NCBI GenBank assembly: GCA_036172245.1
Contig: JAYWIR010000022.1
Location: forward strand, 2,914,001-2,978,000
Length of the DNA: 64,000 nt
From: Raillietiella orientalis
Lineage: Eukaryota
Direction of reading: 5' to 3'
Position 1 is the first letter of the stretch, and the number at the start of each line of letters is the position of its first letter. The notes beneath the pieces are model-generated. The model saw only the letters and a list, made by a program, of their open reading frames with translations. It did not search any database and had not been told where the DNA came from. A program made the position numbers and the translations under genes. Shown piece by piece: positions 1 through 12,834 of the stretch.

Positions 1-384
1 GTCGCGCAGGCAACCATCGGCGACCCTGTCGCACACTCGCCGGACGCTACCTCCATCTGTTGGGGCGACTCCGGCCTCTCCTCCGTCACCGCTTTCATCC
101 TCGCGGCGGGCTGGTAGGCTCCCGCCGCTGGGTTGGGACGCAAGTCCTCCACCGTGGTGCCGCTGCTGTTGGCGGGGATTGTCCTCAGCTGCACTGTCAC
201 TAGTGGGTGGACGGAGTCACTGTTCACTAACTTTGCACTGTTAGTTTGCTCGCTCGGGGCACACAAAAATTGCCTCGGCAGTGGTATTACACACTGCCTT
301 GGCGGGATATTGGGTAAAGTTTTTAACTAGCAATAATCGCGCCTCAGTTGCCTTCCTCAGCTACGATATTGCCCGTGCACAAGG

Positions 385-722
385 CTTCTCTATTTTCTCT
401 AAAGGGTTGCTCCCTGAGGGAAGCAGCGCGCTTCTTCACGCTCTGGAGAGATGGCATCAATCCACCAGCTCCATGGTACGTATAGAGGGAGTCCTCCCCG
501 AGGAAGGAGGAGGAGGACGGCTTCCATTTTCACAACCGGAGGGGCATCCCGAAAGGCTACTTGGTTCCTGGAAGGACCTCGAAGAGTCAACCTTCAGTAC
601 CGGCCAAGTCAGCGGGGCATCCCGCTTCGACCAGGGCCGCATCCCAATAGGACAAGTGGCGTCATCTGTCGGAGGGACTCGAAACCCACGACGCATCCAT
701 TTCTCGGGAATTTTCCACCCGA
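385..722 (-). mobile_element. Truncated copy of the tRNA-headed (SINE-like) repeat family; body only, main head missing
   Basis: Shares blocks with 56670-56960, e.g. AGCGCGCTTCT, ATCCACCAGCTCCATGGTA, TTTTCACAACCG, GGTTCC.GGAAGGACC, GCGTCATC and TCGAAACCCACGACGCA. Confidence 0.7.
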
Positions 723-1525
723 TCACGCCAGGGCATTTATTTCACAAAAAAAATAAACCAGTTGAGAACAAAAGTCCCCAACTGTTTGTTTTCCAGCCGA
801 CGACAGCAATAAACAAAAGGGAGGGTTCTCCGGCACGCAGGCCAGGACAACAGAGAGCCCGGAATGGGGGTGAAGACAACAACAAAAAAAAAAACAAAGT
901 GGATGGGATCTTTGATCTTTGGTTTCGCTGCTTATTCGCCAGTACAAAAAAAAAAAAAGCAACAAGAAAGTTACAGAGTGAATGGAAATGGGGAATATGA
1001 AAAAATAGTAATAATAATAGAGGGAGGGAGGGGACAAGGGTCACCGGGTCCGCCGTTTCAAACCGTCCATCAACCTACGATGGATGCCGGTGATTTCCTC
1101 CTTGGTTTCCTCTTCAGACCAGGTGAGGCCACCTTGTAGTAGGCCTTCCTGATGTAGTTGGCTGCCATCCTGGTGACCCCCCTTCGCTGCGTGGGGGTTT
1201 CCAGCACCTGTCGGGCTGCCACGATGGAGCGGATGCAACCCGTGGTTGCAACAACGCATCCGTCGAGAGGCCTCTCGGTACGACGAACCGCCTCAACACG
1301 TCTCAGGCGGTGTCCTGGAGCAGGAGTGCTGTTGGCAGCCTTTGCCACAGTTCCGGGAGGGCACCTCATTCCAGAAGCAGATGCAGCGGGATCGACTCCG
1401 TTGACCCGCCTTTGGCACGACAGTTCGGGGAGGCAACCCTTCCGGAAATTCGGTGCCGTTGCTCGCTGCACTGGAATCCCCGGTGGATGAAGCAGAGCAG
1501 CGCGGCTGCTTCCAGGCAAGGGGGA

Positions 1526-1605
1526 CATTTCTCTGGAGTCGATCCTTCCCCCGGGGGGGATCCGCACACGCGACGCGCGGAGACTGCCGCAGCCACGCGG
1601 CCTCC
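1526..1605 (-). mobile_element. Degenerate tRNA-derived head of the same repeat family, anticodon-arm region deleted
   Basis: CATTTCTCTGGAGTCGATCCTTCC...GGAGACTGCCGCAGCCACGCGGCC aligns with 5316-5406 (CATTTCCCTGGCATCGATCCTTCC...GGAGACCGCAGCAGCCAAGCGGCC) and with 57010-57089. Confidence 0.6.
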
Positions 1606-2187
1606 GGCGCGGGCCGCCTGGCTACGGCCGGCTGCTTCCGGGTGCTTCTGGAGCGTGCGATGAGCGCCACTTCGGGTGTTTCTTGCAGGAGAAGCGGCTT
1701 GGGCATCGCCACACGCCTGTCAGCCACGCCGCCGAACCGGGATGCGTTGTTCCCCTCGACCGGTTCCCAGCATGCGCTCAGCTGTGGGGCGATGGAGGAT
1801 GAGAGATGAAGCTCTTCGGCCGAGCTTTCCCCTTCCGCCCTGTCAAGGGCCGGACTGCTTCACCTGCATCGAGTCGGAGAAAGTGTGCTCCTGGGGGCTG
1901 GGCCTACTGATGCGAGAGAAGATCGCAAGAGACTCACGGACAACCACGCGTGTTTTCCGTCCACGCGAGAGGGAGTTGGCCAGTTTTGCATGGGCAGACC
2001 AGGTCAAGGGGCTAGCGTCTCCTGCGCATGGCAAGCTTGAGGGTGCTTCATGTTAAAAATATATGTTACGAGTCATGCAATCAGTCCGGTTCGTATTAAT
2101 AATTATTGGCTATTATTAATAATAACCAAATAAAAAGGTCAGAGTGAGTAAGAACACGTAATAATTACATTTACTGGTAAATGTTAA

Positions 2188-2775
2188 TACAGTGCACGCT
2201 CGATACAGTCACCTTTGGTAGGAGAAACTTTTGACATAAGCAACCCTTGACAATTTTAAGTTTTCTGCCATTCGATAAGGGAAGCTTTTTTTCAGCCGCG
2301 TTAAAGATGGGGGGAAATAAGAGAGATTCATTAACTAACTATTCGAATGAAAGGTTGGGTATTTTAACGTGGAATCGAAAAGGGAACGGAGGTAAAAGTG
2401 TTCGAAATGCATCGTGGATCCATCAACCACTTCGAAAATCGTGAAAAAAAATGAAGAGAACCAAATGGGAGGCTGCGTCGCCCCACGCTGAGGTGTTCCA
2501 AAACACCTACAAACAGGATGGCTCGATCTGGAAGTTTCCTAAAATGGGGCCAGCTTTGCACTCGCCTCGGCTTCTGCAACAGCGACACTTGGAAAAGAAA
2601 AAAAAAAACACCATCGCAGAAGAAATCTGAAGATGGAAGGCCAAGGAAATTCATGTTCGGGTGGGATGCAATGGGGAATTTTCGGCAGATGATGGGTGGC
2701 AGCTGAGCCACTTCAAGGAAAGACATGGCATTCGTTTGTTAACCACATCCGGGGAAAACCTTTCCATTCCATAGC
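2188..2775 (+). mobile_element. pogo/Tigger-type DNA transposon relic (CENP-B-like HTH fragment)
   Basis: The frame at about 2610-2772 reads IAEEI*RWKAKEIHVRVGCNGEFSADDGWQLSHFKERHGIRLLTTSGENLS, matching the F.AS.GWL..FK.RHGI....GE motif of Tigger/jerky transposases. A TA-CAGTG...CTCGATA TIR-like start lies at 2188. The right TIR was not found. Confidence 0.65.
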
Positions 2776-4089
2776 AAGAGAGAAAATGTAGCAGGTGGCT
2801 CTGGGGTTATGGAATGAGAGAAGTGGAGAAAACGAATGAAATCATGTTCATGATCTGGAAACACCATTAGGAACGCTCCTATGCAGCATGCAGGAGAGAA
2901 GATTTAGATGAGAGTTGGATGTTGACAAAGTTATTGATCACTCTTCCAATTTAGCAGCTACTGAGTGGCCAGAAAGTGTCCCCCTTCCTGTTCGTGATGT
3001 CCTTCACCCGAGAAGAACACGGGAAAAAGCAATCGTGAAGAAGTTTGGATCAAATTTTATATCGTATCATCATCATTTACCATGCACTGTCACTAAATGT
3101 TACTAAATTTGCTCATTTGATTATAAAAATGCATGCTAATGTTCCGCAATTTGGTTTCTTCTATTTCACTATCCAAAATGAATGTTTTTTTTCATTTCGA
3201 CAACCCATCTGGATGCAATCAGCAACATTCTACAAAGGCAGCGTTTCTAGAATTCCAGAAAAGGAGACTCTATCGGATGCGCAGTGTGATTACCGGTGAA
3301 GCCTGGTAAATTCAATAAAAACATGTTTTATAATATTATTTCTTATGGAAACATACATTCATTATTTATTACATAAGCAAGTCCTTGACAAACCCAAAAA
3401 AAGGAAAAAAAAAAGAAAGACGTATAACAAAATTACACGAAATCATGACATGCAAATTACACCAAGTTGTGATAAAACTACACAAATTAGTTAAAATATG
3501 AATTCTTGTAAAGGGAGGAGGAATGGCATGAATGAGACGAGAATGTAACGTCATCATTTGGTTATAGACAAACGATTTATTCTTGAGGGAGGAACGTTTG
3601 TGGAATCTCGAAGTACAAAGGATTTTCGAGGTTTTGGCATTGGCAGCGATTTGAGTTCCAATCCATTGCAATATGGGAATGCTTGATGCCTGCCGAACTT
3701 CAGGCGCTGCAACGTCCGAAGAGCCTGGGCGGAATCGGAACCGGATTCCCTGAACGGCGGGAGAAGGCACGCTCCCAAGGAGGAAAACGGGGGAAAGATC
3801 GGGTGCAGCAGACGTACCCGCGATGTGATATTGCTGGCACCGAGGTCATGAAGCTGTTTATTGGTGTGCATCCAACCGTTCTCCGCAGACGTTGGTTGAT
3901 GGAGAACTTTTCAGCATGGAGGAAACTCCCGTCGGAGATAAAAGAAAGAAAGCAAGAAGTTGCGGACAACCCCGAACGACAGGATTCGGGTTGAAAGAAG
4001 CATCTCTTTGAGTTCCACATCGTGATGAAAGGAACTGCGATGAGCTCCGACAGATAAAGCAAATCGAAGTCATTATTAGAAGCATTCGA

Positions 4090-5406
4090 GCTCCGAGCGG
4101 GGTAAGTTCGCTTCGCTGGGTTCCCGTCGGAGGCGTCCGATCAAAAGCGCGCGTTTCCAGGATGCTGGACACTGTCCAGTGTCCATCGATGAAAGAGGGA
4201 AAGAATCGGAGAATCCGGAAGTCTCTTCCCGAAGTGCTCGAAGCGAGCCAAAGCAGCGACGCCCCCGAACTCGCACGACCTGGAATGGAGAATGACGAAA
4301 CGATGACCTCGGGACCTTGGCGAACGGGGGACCAAATGCAAGCAGTTCGAGGGGAATTTCTTGACATTCTGGCGATGAAGATTTCCCGGACCACACGATC
4401 CCCTCGTGAGAATGAGTGGTCTCCAGAGCGCAGTGCGGAATTCTGGTCCTGTGCGCGCTGTGAGGAATTTTCTGCATCCGTGGAAAACTGCACGAAAGGA
4501 ACTGGGAGGATATCCTGGGACTCCGGAAGAGTCCTTGAAAGACTGAAAGACCGCAGCTGCAGCTTCCAAAAAGATTCGAAAAGATGACTCAGGAAAAATG
4601 CCGAAGAAATTCGACTGCGCACCCGCAGATGACGCAGACAGAGCCAAAAGGAGGGCAAATCCAGTAGTGGAAGAGATTTTGCAAAACTCCAGGCATCGCG
4701 AATGCCCGTCTCTTGCGCCAGCGCGCGCAGTCAGGGGATGGGGGTGGAATGCCTGTTATAAGTACTGAAGAGCCATTCGTTCCCTCAGTGGAAGCATCGG
4801 AGAAGGTCGAGGATGCCGCTTCATGGAGATTCGCAAGGTGTTCGGACATGATCATGCCACCCGAGGGATCGCGTAACTCAGTCTGGGGAGAAACCTCGTA
4901 AGACGGAGTCCGTTTTTTCTCCTACTCTAGGGAGAGAACCCTGAAGGAAGAACCGGCTCCGTGACTCCTGGAAGGACCCCGGAGATTCCACTCCCGATCA
5001 TGGCTAGTCAGCGAGGGCACCCGGTCTCTCCAACGCTTTCAAACGCCGTTCCGAGTCAACCGGAATCCTGAGAAAGGATTCGAAACTGTATCAACCGGTT
5101 TTACGGTACTCGATGGGGGCGGCTCCCTTTTCAAAACCGGAGGGAACCAGCGCTTCGCGAGTCCTGGGAGCACCGCAGGAGGGTCCAACTGCAGTCGCGG
5201 CCAGTAAACGGAAGCATCCGGGGGTTTCCGGCTTCCACCGAGGAGCGCCGCACCTGAGGCCTACAGGCCAATCGGCGTCATCTTGCTGGGGGAACGCGAA
5301 CCGACGACGCACCCCCATTTCCCTGGCATCGATCCTTCCACGGGCGGGATTCGAACCCGCAACGCTCGGTGCCACGAGAGGAGACCGCAGCAGCCAAGCG
5401 GCCGCC
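4090..5406 (-). mobile_element. Long tRNA-headed repeat copy (SINE-like)
   Basis: The minus-strand head has an A-box-like TGGCTGCTGCGG and a perfect B box GGTTCGAATCC (5347-5357), but no intact acceptor stem. Collinear similarity blocks with 55890-57089. The left boundary is approximate. Confidence 0.65.
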
Positions 5407-5729
5407 AACCGGCAACTTCCTTACGAGGGCAATGCCGATAGGGAAACGGCTGGCGGGGTACCACGTGAAACGCGTGGTGTCTGCGTGCTTGAAGGGGTGG
5501 AAACGCTAGCGGCAAACCTGCGGCAAGCGAGGAATCCCGTCCAGCTCAAAGCAAACTACGCCGCCGGAGTACAAGTCAGAAACGCGTGCCAGCGGAGGCG
5601 AGATGACAGCTACAGCGAGCAGGGAAAGGGCGATAGGGAGGCAGCTGCCAAAGCACCCCTTCGTCCGCTCGACCTCGACGGAACCCGGCTGGGGAGTAAA
5701 AGGGAGCGAACACCAGAGCGGGTCCAGGC

Positions 5730-6260
5730 TCAAGCACTTCACGCGAAGATGGGAAGATGAAGACTGCACGGCATGTGGAGACATCGATACGAGACTTCAC
5801 GTCTTGATGTGTCCCACATTGCTACACGACTGGCTGATCCTGAAAAGGATCATAGGACTCAACAACAAGTCCGTAATGGAAATCCTCGCTGGGATGTTCC
5901 AGGGAGATGGTAATGTCCCTTGTTACAATCCCATGGTGAGGACAACCATTGCTCTCTTCATCACCGCCATACTTGTGCGGTGGTGGAAGATGAGGAAAGC
6001 CAGAAGAGCCGCACCCCCGATGGAGATCCTGCAAGGACTCGTCAAGAAGGAAATCGGCATCAGGAACTGTGGACGACTCCATGCCTGGACATACCGATTC
6101 ATCCTGAAGAGGACTGAAGACGACGCCCGGGACCAAACATCTGGAAACCCACCCTGAAAGCAGAACTTGTGATACCCCCAAGGACTTCAAAGTGATAAAG
6201 TGTTGGTATGTTGTATGAATGTGATTGTAGAATGCATGAGATTTAAAAAGAAAATAAATT
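5730..6260 (+). mobile_element. 5'-truncated non-LTR retrotransposon (L1/Tx1-like ORF2 C-terminus)
   Basis: ORF 5603-6157 contains a CCHC knuckle CTACGDIDTRLHVLMC (5765-5812), then W and WWKMRK motifs typical of LINE ORF2 C-termini. A short UTR and an A-rich end follow (6244-6259). Confidence 0.65.
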
Positions 6261-6644
6261 TACCCCACCCCTTGTGGGACTTGGGGAAAAGGGAGCGAAC
6301 ACCTAGCGGAAAGAGAGGTGTTCGAAAGAAGCAGGAGAGAGGAAAAAATCACGAGACCCCCCCGCCCTCCGACTGCAGCCGCTTCTTCCTCCTCACCCTC
6401 GCTGCATCTCTGGATACCGCTGGGAAGAGGATGAGCCACAGCAGCGAGGACGGAGCGAACAAAGTGAGGCGCATTAAGAGGCCAGATTCTTCCTTCCCCC
6501 TCCACGAGTTATCATCCCAAGGGCAGGGGAAGGACTGTCACGGTCCCGCACCAGGACCCTGGCGAAGAAGTCTCTTCCCCCCTTAATCTCGGTAGGTTTA
6601 TCATACTCGTCCAATTTCTTTCAATAATGAGTTTAATGAGGAAA

Positions 6645-6688
6645 GTTTTCGAAGGTCTGTCAGGTCCGCCTGACAGACTTTCGAAAGC
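6645..6688 (+). repeat. 20-bp stem-loop with UCCG loop
   Basis: GTTTTCGAAGGTCTGTCAGG-TCCG-CCTGACAGACTTTCGAAAGC: 18 Watson-Crick pairs and 2 G.U pairs. Confidence 0.9.
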
Positions 6689-9600
6689 AAGTCGAGAGTG
6701 CCTCTTGGGAGCAAAGCACACGTTCTGACCATGGGAGGAAAAGGGAGAGCTTTCCGGGGTGAAACTCCTGCACTGCGAAGAGAGGATGATGGGAGAGACT
6801 GCTGGAAACATCTCCCTAATCGCGACCGCCGATGAGGCTGTGCAGGGAGACCAGATCCGTTTCCAAAAGTTCCCAAACGAAAAACGCGTATGGGTTTCGC
6901 AAATACACCCTGTGACCGAAGATGCAAGCCCGGACCACGTACTGATCGCTTCCACAAGGACTCTCGGCAGGCTGAACTCGGAACTGCTGGGGACCTTCAT
7001 GCTGCAGCGCAGGGAAACTTGAAACCAGGCACTCAGGTGTCAGGAAGCAAAGCCAATGAGTCACACTGCCCTCGTTCAATCGCATCCAAGCGGAGGTACA
7101 CATTCTTCTCATTATCTTCTTGGCTGCGTTATTAACTCATCAGTAAACAATGAATAAATATCCGTACACAGTACTTATGAGGGGTACGAGTTATTTTCTC
7201 CTTCCCCCCCCCTTTTTTTTTGGTATGCAAGGTATCTGTGAACAATCTGTGAACAAAGACAAAGTTTAGAAGCCAGGGATCTAGAGAACCGTTTCGAATG
7301 GCAATTTCGAAGTGCAACTCGGGCATGGCGAGCCATTCATCTTTGTTGCTGTTTTTCGATGGTGACCATCCAGTTTATAAGTGGGAACTTCCACAGAAGC
7401 ACACTCAGGACACTCGGGGTGCACTCCATCCAAGTGTCAGTTGGAATTTTCGGTTGGAACTGGTCCGGAACGACATCTCTGCCACCCTTCCTCCCCTCAA
7501 TTTGCCACTTTTTGAGGACAAATGAGCAAATCAACAAGCGTCCGATGCTTACGCGAAGGATGACCAGGATCCGAACTGGGTGCCGAAGATCCTCTTGGCA
7601 GCAGTTACACAGGCTCGCTGGACACCCAAACAACACTCCGCCCGCACAACGCTGTAGGTAACAGGGGCAGCCCCGGCCATCGCGGCAGGGCCCAGAGGAG
7701 ACCCGCATGGTATCTGTATTGACCCACATGCATCGCTGGTGCAGCGGTGGGGCTTGTCCTCAGCAGTTAAGAGATACGGTGCGATTGTCCATGAGTTTGA
7801 GAACAAGCACTCACTATCCGATCTACGGATTCAAGTAAACCAAGCAAGTAAACCTCATCCGCTTTGCCGGTTGTGCTTTCATCAGCTGGCGGAACATCCA
7901 TCCGTTCCCCAGTGGTGATCAATAGTTGGCGGATCGTCAAGTCGTCGAACGACTCCCCTTGTGACGGCAGTGGAGTGTTTCCAGGCCTCGGCGGTAACTC
8001 TGAGCGCAGAGACGGGGAGAAACGGTATCGGCTGAAACAGCAAAGAATGGAAAGCTCCGCTCCCTTTCTCCCTTGCAACATTTTTTTCTTTTTTTGCAAT
8101 TATGTGCAGCATCGATATCAGTGAATGAGAAAAAATGGAACGAAACTGACAAGATTGTAAAAAAAAGAAAAAAAAGCGGTCTCGAAGCGCCCAACTACGC
8201 AACCCCCGTGGACGTGAGACGTGAACCGCCGGAAACCGGAGACAACTTCCCGTGACAGCAGCAACCAAACGAAGTAAAACCACAACCGGCCGCGATCGAA
8301 GTGGATCAAGAGTCAGAGAGGAATCGATCAGCATCGATCTCTGACTTGCTGTCTTGAAAAACGCCAGCATTCGACTTCGCGTTGTACAGTAATCCACTGC
8401 CACCACGAACAAGGAGGATCGAAAGCCCTCCCCGTGGAAAGAAGCAGGGAGGAGGGAAAAATCGCGAGACGAAAGCAGAATGTTCCAGGCAGGGCACTCG
8501 ACAGAGTGGCTCCAAATGACAGATGGGAAGCCAGGGAGTTGGAAAGAAGACTACAGATAGACTTCCTCAAACAGCACGTACGGATAAGAAAAGGTGACTG
8601 TCTTCTCAATATTGCAACCTGCATGGTGAGGGAATGCCGACTCACTAAAGGAAGTGTGAATCTGTATCGCCCACTTTCAAACGATTTAACGGCTGCTTTG
8701 CACCTTGATCACTTCGTGGCACTTTTGCACATAAGAGCGCCGAAATAGGAACGACGTCAGCGGTGCTGCGCCACTGGCCCGTGTGCGCCAGTTCTCTGAG
8801 GTGCGCATCACCGGTTACACAAACGTGCTTCCCTCGACACGTGCTCTTCCCGGTCAATCCCAAATGGAAGAACTGGGCTTCCATTCGAAATTCGCTTTCA
8901 GCTTTCGGCGTAAAAGAAATTCCGCGCTTTACGTGGGAAACTGCTAACACGGGGGGGGGGGGAAACGATCTCTGGAAAATATCCCACGGAGCAACTCCCG
9001 TTAAAGTACCTTTCACCGCTTTTGAAAACCAAGAGCGAAGAACCACTAATCCACTGTGGATCTAGAATTTCCTCCGGAAGATCGCAGACTCACTTAAAAC
9101 GTTTGGGCGTTCCCACTTGCAAAAATTTTACGTGAACTGCTGTGGCACAAACCGGTGGTTGCATACGACACTATTCGACGCGCTTGGCCCACTGGTGGTG
9201 GCCAATTCGAGTGTGATGGAAAAATGTGCAAAATTCACGAATGGGCGATAACGGCAATTACTGTTGCACAACGTGATAACATTTCAAAGCCGTAAGAACT
9301 CGATTTGCGTGGGGAAATTCTCAATCATGTAAAAAGTTTCAATACAGTGAAAAGCAGCAGCAACTTTTCCAGCAGAAGTTATTTCTGAGCACGCAAACTC
9401 ATCAAAAGCAAGTGGCCGACTTCGTACATGTTTGGTAATTTTGTTACACAGGTGACAACTTATGAAAGCTACGAAAACTTGCGAAATAATTCATGGCTTT
9501 CAAATTGTCTTTCTGATACAAATTATGAACCTTTTTATTCAAAAACCACAGTTCACAAGAAATAGGCTTCAAGAAATCCTGCTAAACCAATCAATACTTT

Positions 9601-11114
9601 AAGCTCGGTCTTCCTCACTCGGCCCATCATTTAAGGGTGCAAATCCACTTTTGTACGACATATCACAATCCCAACTAATCGCTCCACATTACAAAGCAGT
9701 TACTTTAATAATACCAACCCTCATAATGCACAAGAATAAGGAATTATTACAATTTCCATCAGAAACTACACTTCCAGTCACAAAGGAAATTCGGTTTGGA
9801 AAAAAAAAAAAAAATAAATTCCGGGGTCTATAGTAATTCTAGAAAACCTCAAAATTATGAAATTTAGAATCGTTCGGCATGGCCGACATTCAACCAACCG
9901 AGTTCGAAAACAAAGCCCTGCCCTCACTTTTCGGCATTCAATTTGTAAAAAATATGATTGCACTGTTACTTCAGTCACTTTGCATTTCAAAAAGTAAAAC
10001 AACTTAAACGTGCTCATTCCGTTGTTACGCATTCAACTGACCATTATCAGATCGCCAGTAATTTTTTTTAACAAAAACTAAGATGGAAAACAACAAAAGG
10101 GGATGAAGAATGCCAACACACAAATTTACTTGATAGGCTCGTAGAAAAACCGAATTATCAAATCACGATCAAAGAACCTTTATGCAAAACTTGACAATGC
10201 TTTCACTAGTTACCGACTTAAATTGAAAATTTTCTTGCAAAATTTCATTACAACACCTTAAGACCACAAACATATGGAAAACATGATCATCTATATTAAA
10301 GGGATATTCAAGATAAACCAATTCAATAAAAAAACGAGAGAAATACATCCAAAGACAATAAGTCCGTCAATGCTACAACAACCAAAAATACGAACATTAC
10401 AAAACATTCCTAAGAATGTGTTTGCAGAATAAGTAATACTTTTGATGCATTAGTTTCACCCTAAAACTTGGTTACGAATTTGCAAACATCTCCTTACACA
10501 TATAATAATAATAGATATACAAACAGAAATAACAGAGAGGGTTGCACATACCCTATAATGCATGCTGAAACTCCGACTTACAACAATCTTAGTTTACCAT
10601 TTACTATCAAGCGAACATAAATGGAAAATAGACAAATTAAAATGCACATTGAGAACTTTCACAACCTTCACACGTGCCATGCCCAACTAGAAAAAAATAT
10701 ACCTGTACTTTGTTACATTAACCAACAACTTAGTAACTATTACAAAAACTCTTACATGTATAAAAAATATGCCTCAACAATCTTTGCATACATTTTTATT
10801 TCTTCAAAAAACAAAGAAACAATTGCAATGGCTGACCGGATGTTCCTGTGTGGTCTGCACTCAGATTTGGTACCTACTGAGTCTTGAAGGACACTCTGAG
10901 GGTGCAAGGAGGTGGGAATTTGTAACAGATCAAAGTATAACAGAACAAACCAGTGGTCTGGAAAGCTGCCAGCACACCAGGCAGCAAACCAAACAGGATT
11001 GGTAAGATAATAGCCATGTTGATCCTGCAGGCACACCAGCGTTGCTGGGTCTCTAAGGCAATCTGATGCATTCCACAGTGGAACTACTCTATTTACAGGT
11101 TTGGTAATGTGTCA

Positions 11115-12834
11115 TCAGTGGCGATCTCTGCTATGACTACGGTGGGACCGATGCCTCTGATGATGACGTTCCCTGGATCGGCTACGTATTTGACAGTCAT
11201 GTCGGTGCCTTTCATGTGCATCCTCCATGTGTTCCCTACTTCTGTGTCTGGCAAAAAAACTGAATTTGTTGGCATACCACTGCATACTGCTTACCTTCCA
11301 TGATTTCTATCTCCCTTATCCCGGTGTTCTTCATTACGATCCTTATCATGATGATCATATGGAGAACGAGAACGATGCCAATCTCTGGAATGATGATGGC
11401 CACTTCTACTACTGGATCTTTTCAGATTACATGGTGTCACATCATGAAAACACCTAAACTGCCTCACCTGCTAAGGCGAGAAGATCGCTCTGCTTCACCA
11501 AAGCATAAGTCTTTATCAGCAATATGCCTAGCTTCTTTACGCAATTGATTACGGTGAACAACAGGCTGACAATGAAGTGGTCCACGCTGGCGAGGTGGGA
11601 ACTTTCTGTTCAACTGGCGCTCAATTTCTTTCTAGGATTATTACAAAAAAAAACACACACACATGACAAATGGGCACAACCACCAAGACTGTTTCAAGTA
11701 CACTTTGAAAAACTTTAAAATTTCATCTTGCTTAACTAACTCTTAAGTCAAACAATAATACACAAACAGCAAACATAGATTTATGGAAATGCAAATTGAC
11801 TTGATGCAACTACTAATCAAATCACATTAAAGCATGCTGTTACACAAGGAACCATTTGTCTTCAATCAACATACCTGCATAGGCACAGGAATACGAGGAA
11901 ACAAGGTGCCACACCATTCCAACTTTGTAAGAAAATGTTGCAACATTGCTCCAACAGTCATCATGTGACCACCACCTGCCTTTATGTCCAACTCCTAAAA
12001 GACAAAAGCAAATAATACAAAAATCATGCACTTGAAATAAAAGAACCAATTTGGAAAAATGTATCAAAACTACTGACAGTTATAATCGCTACATCAGAGG
12101 TGTGTAACTTTAACTAGAACACAAATTTAGTACACTCAAATCTTCTCAGATTAACAATAAATACATGCTATATGTAACTACTCTGCAAAACAGATGTAAA
12201 CAATCAGTTTACCTCTTCATCCTCCAAGTATGGCTCAAACCAATCCCAAAGATCAGCAGGGGGTTGTGTATACCTGCACATTGGGCATTTGCTTTTACTT
12301 TAATGCAGAAGTTTATGTTTACCTGATGTACATGAATCCAAGTCCACGAATATATGGTGAATCACAATGATTGATTAAACCATTGACTTGTTTACGTGTC
12401 AACTTTAATGTAAATAACTTATACAAAATGCAATATGCAGTTGACACAATTCCTCCTGCTCCTACTCCTCTAACACCACCACACATTCCTGTCTGTCCAG
12501 AAGTATTGCGACTGCCTTTCTCCCAAGGTTCCATATGTTTAACATTATAGAAGATCTCATCAATGACTTCATGATATGTCTTCAGTTCATATAAAACAAC
12601 TATCACAAAACTGATTATTTAAAACTGAAAGATGACAACCAATCACTTACCTTTGAAATAATGTGATGACTGAATATTGGTAAGAATCAGATGATTCAAA
12701 TTCATTGATTTTTCATTACCCCATATTGGAAGAACATTTGACTGCTTGTTTTTAGCAAGCTGATCTTCCTTTGATTCTATTTCTTCCACAACCTCATATG
12801 GAGTTACTGCCGGTATGACATTATAGAACATCAT
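11115..12834 (-). CDS. PRPF38B: Pre-mRNA-splicing factor 38B, 7 coding exons
   Basis: Exons 12834-12651, 12599-12323, 12273-12213, 11994-11875, 11631-11468, 11417-11295 and 11247-11115; all introns GT-AG and in frame. Diagnostic motifs NVLPIWGNEKSMNLN, GMCGGVRGVGAGGIVSTAYCILYKLFTLKLTRKQV, YTQPPADLWDWFEPYL and TLFPRIPVP; R/S/H-rich tail. Confidence 0.95.

Noticed and set aside
5335..5406. tRNA gene (also 57010-57089)
   Set aside because: The B box is perfect, but there is no acceptor-stem pairing or proper anticodon loop, and the sequence is embedded in a repeat. It is a tRNA-derived head instead.
5350..5406. HDV-like ribozyme suggested by the minus-strand TCTCCTCTCGTGGC
   Set aside because: The P1.1 GG and the P2/P4 pairings could not be built, and the motif is not kept in the other copies.
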